Source: a virus. Taken from it: a stretch of DNA of 64,000 bases. The notes beneath the pieces were generated by a model. The model did not search any database. It was not told the DNA's origin and saw nothing but the letters and a program-made list of their open reading frames with translations. Both the position numbers and the translations under genes were made by a program. Shown piece after piece: positions 63,965 through 64,000 of the stretch. Where the stretch lies: the IMG/VR virus record IMGVR_UViG_3300027905_000001, positions 1 through 64,000 of that record; one strand, 5' to 3'. Numbering within the stretch: position 1 is the first letter of the stretch; each line of letters starts with the position of its first letter.

Positions 63965-64000
63965 ACACTCCTTATATACGTTCTTAAAGAAGATCCGGTA

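Larger units (their letters stand above)
55150..64000. mobile_element. Second mobile-element-like block (boundaries undetermined, runs off window end)
   Basis: HTH regulators, FtsK/SpoIIIE-like ATPase, replication-relaxation-like protein, Xis-like HTH, endonuclease; no phage structural genes. Confidence 0.45.

Overview
The window is dominated by one temperate siphovirus-type prophage of a low-GC Gram-positive host (about 1 to 54,880; AAGGAGG-type ribosome-binding sites throughout), followed by a second, unrelated mobile-element-like block (about 55,150 to 64,000). Read on the minus strand from right to left, the prophage has: a lysogeny module (cro-like HTH, divergent CI-like repressor, large serine integrase, 52.6-54.8 kb); a long early operon (Rha/antirepressor-like proteins, Dcm-type C5 methyltransferase, SbcC-like ATPase, RecT, HNH homing endonucleases, amino-methyltransferase, replisome organiser, DnaC-like loader, radical SAM, dCMP deaminase, SSB, RecU, MazG); a sigma-like late regulator (26.7-27.3 kb); then terS, an HNH/membrane-protein cluster, terL, portal, prohead protease, HK97-fold capsid, connectors, major tail, G/GT chaperone with a -1 slippery heptamer, and tape measure. 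An antirepressor/HTH cassette sits after the tape measure, and a partial tail gene runs off the left edge. No rRNA, tRNA or CRISPR array was seen. The best candidates for something undescribed are: (1) a 5-kb plus-strand accessory island (20.2-25.4 kb) of small unknown proteins with its own promoters and terminator, inserted between the late regulator and terS; (2) a repeat-dense non-coding stretch with five tandem palindromic sites and several iteron families (25.4-26.5 kb) beside two small Cys-rich ORFs; (3) two paralogous ribbon-helix-helix genes in reverse orientation inside the early operon, each with a consensus promoter overlapped by an inverted repeat; (4) a possible nucleotide-modification gene set; (5) the right-hand element with FtsK/SpoIIIE-like and replication-relaxation-like genes and a 24-bp perfect palindrome around a consensus promoter. 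Four early genes (SSB, DnaC-like, HTH-repeat protein, MBL-fold hydrolase) are broken by single-base frame changes at homopolymer runs; this may be sequencing error or decay. All calls are from reading the sequence by eye; no database search was run.
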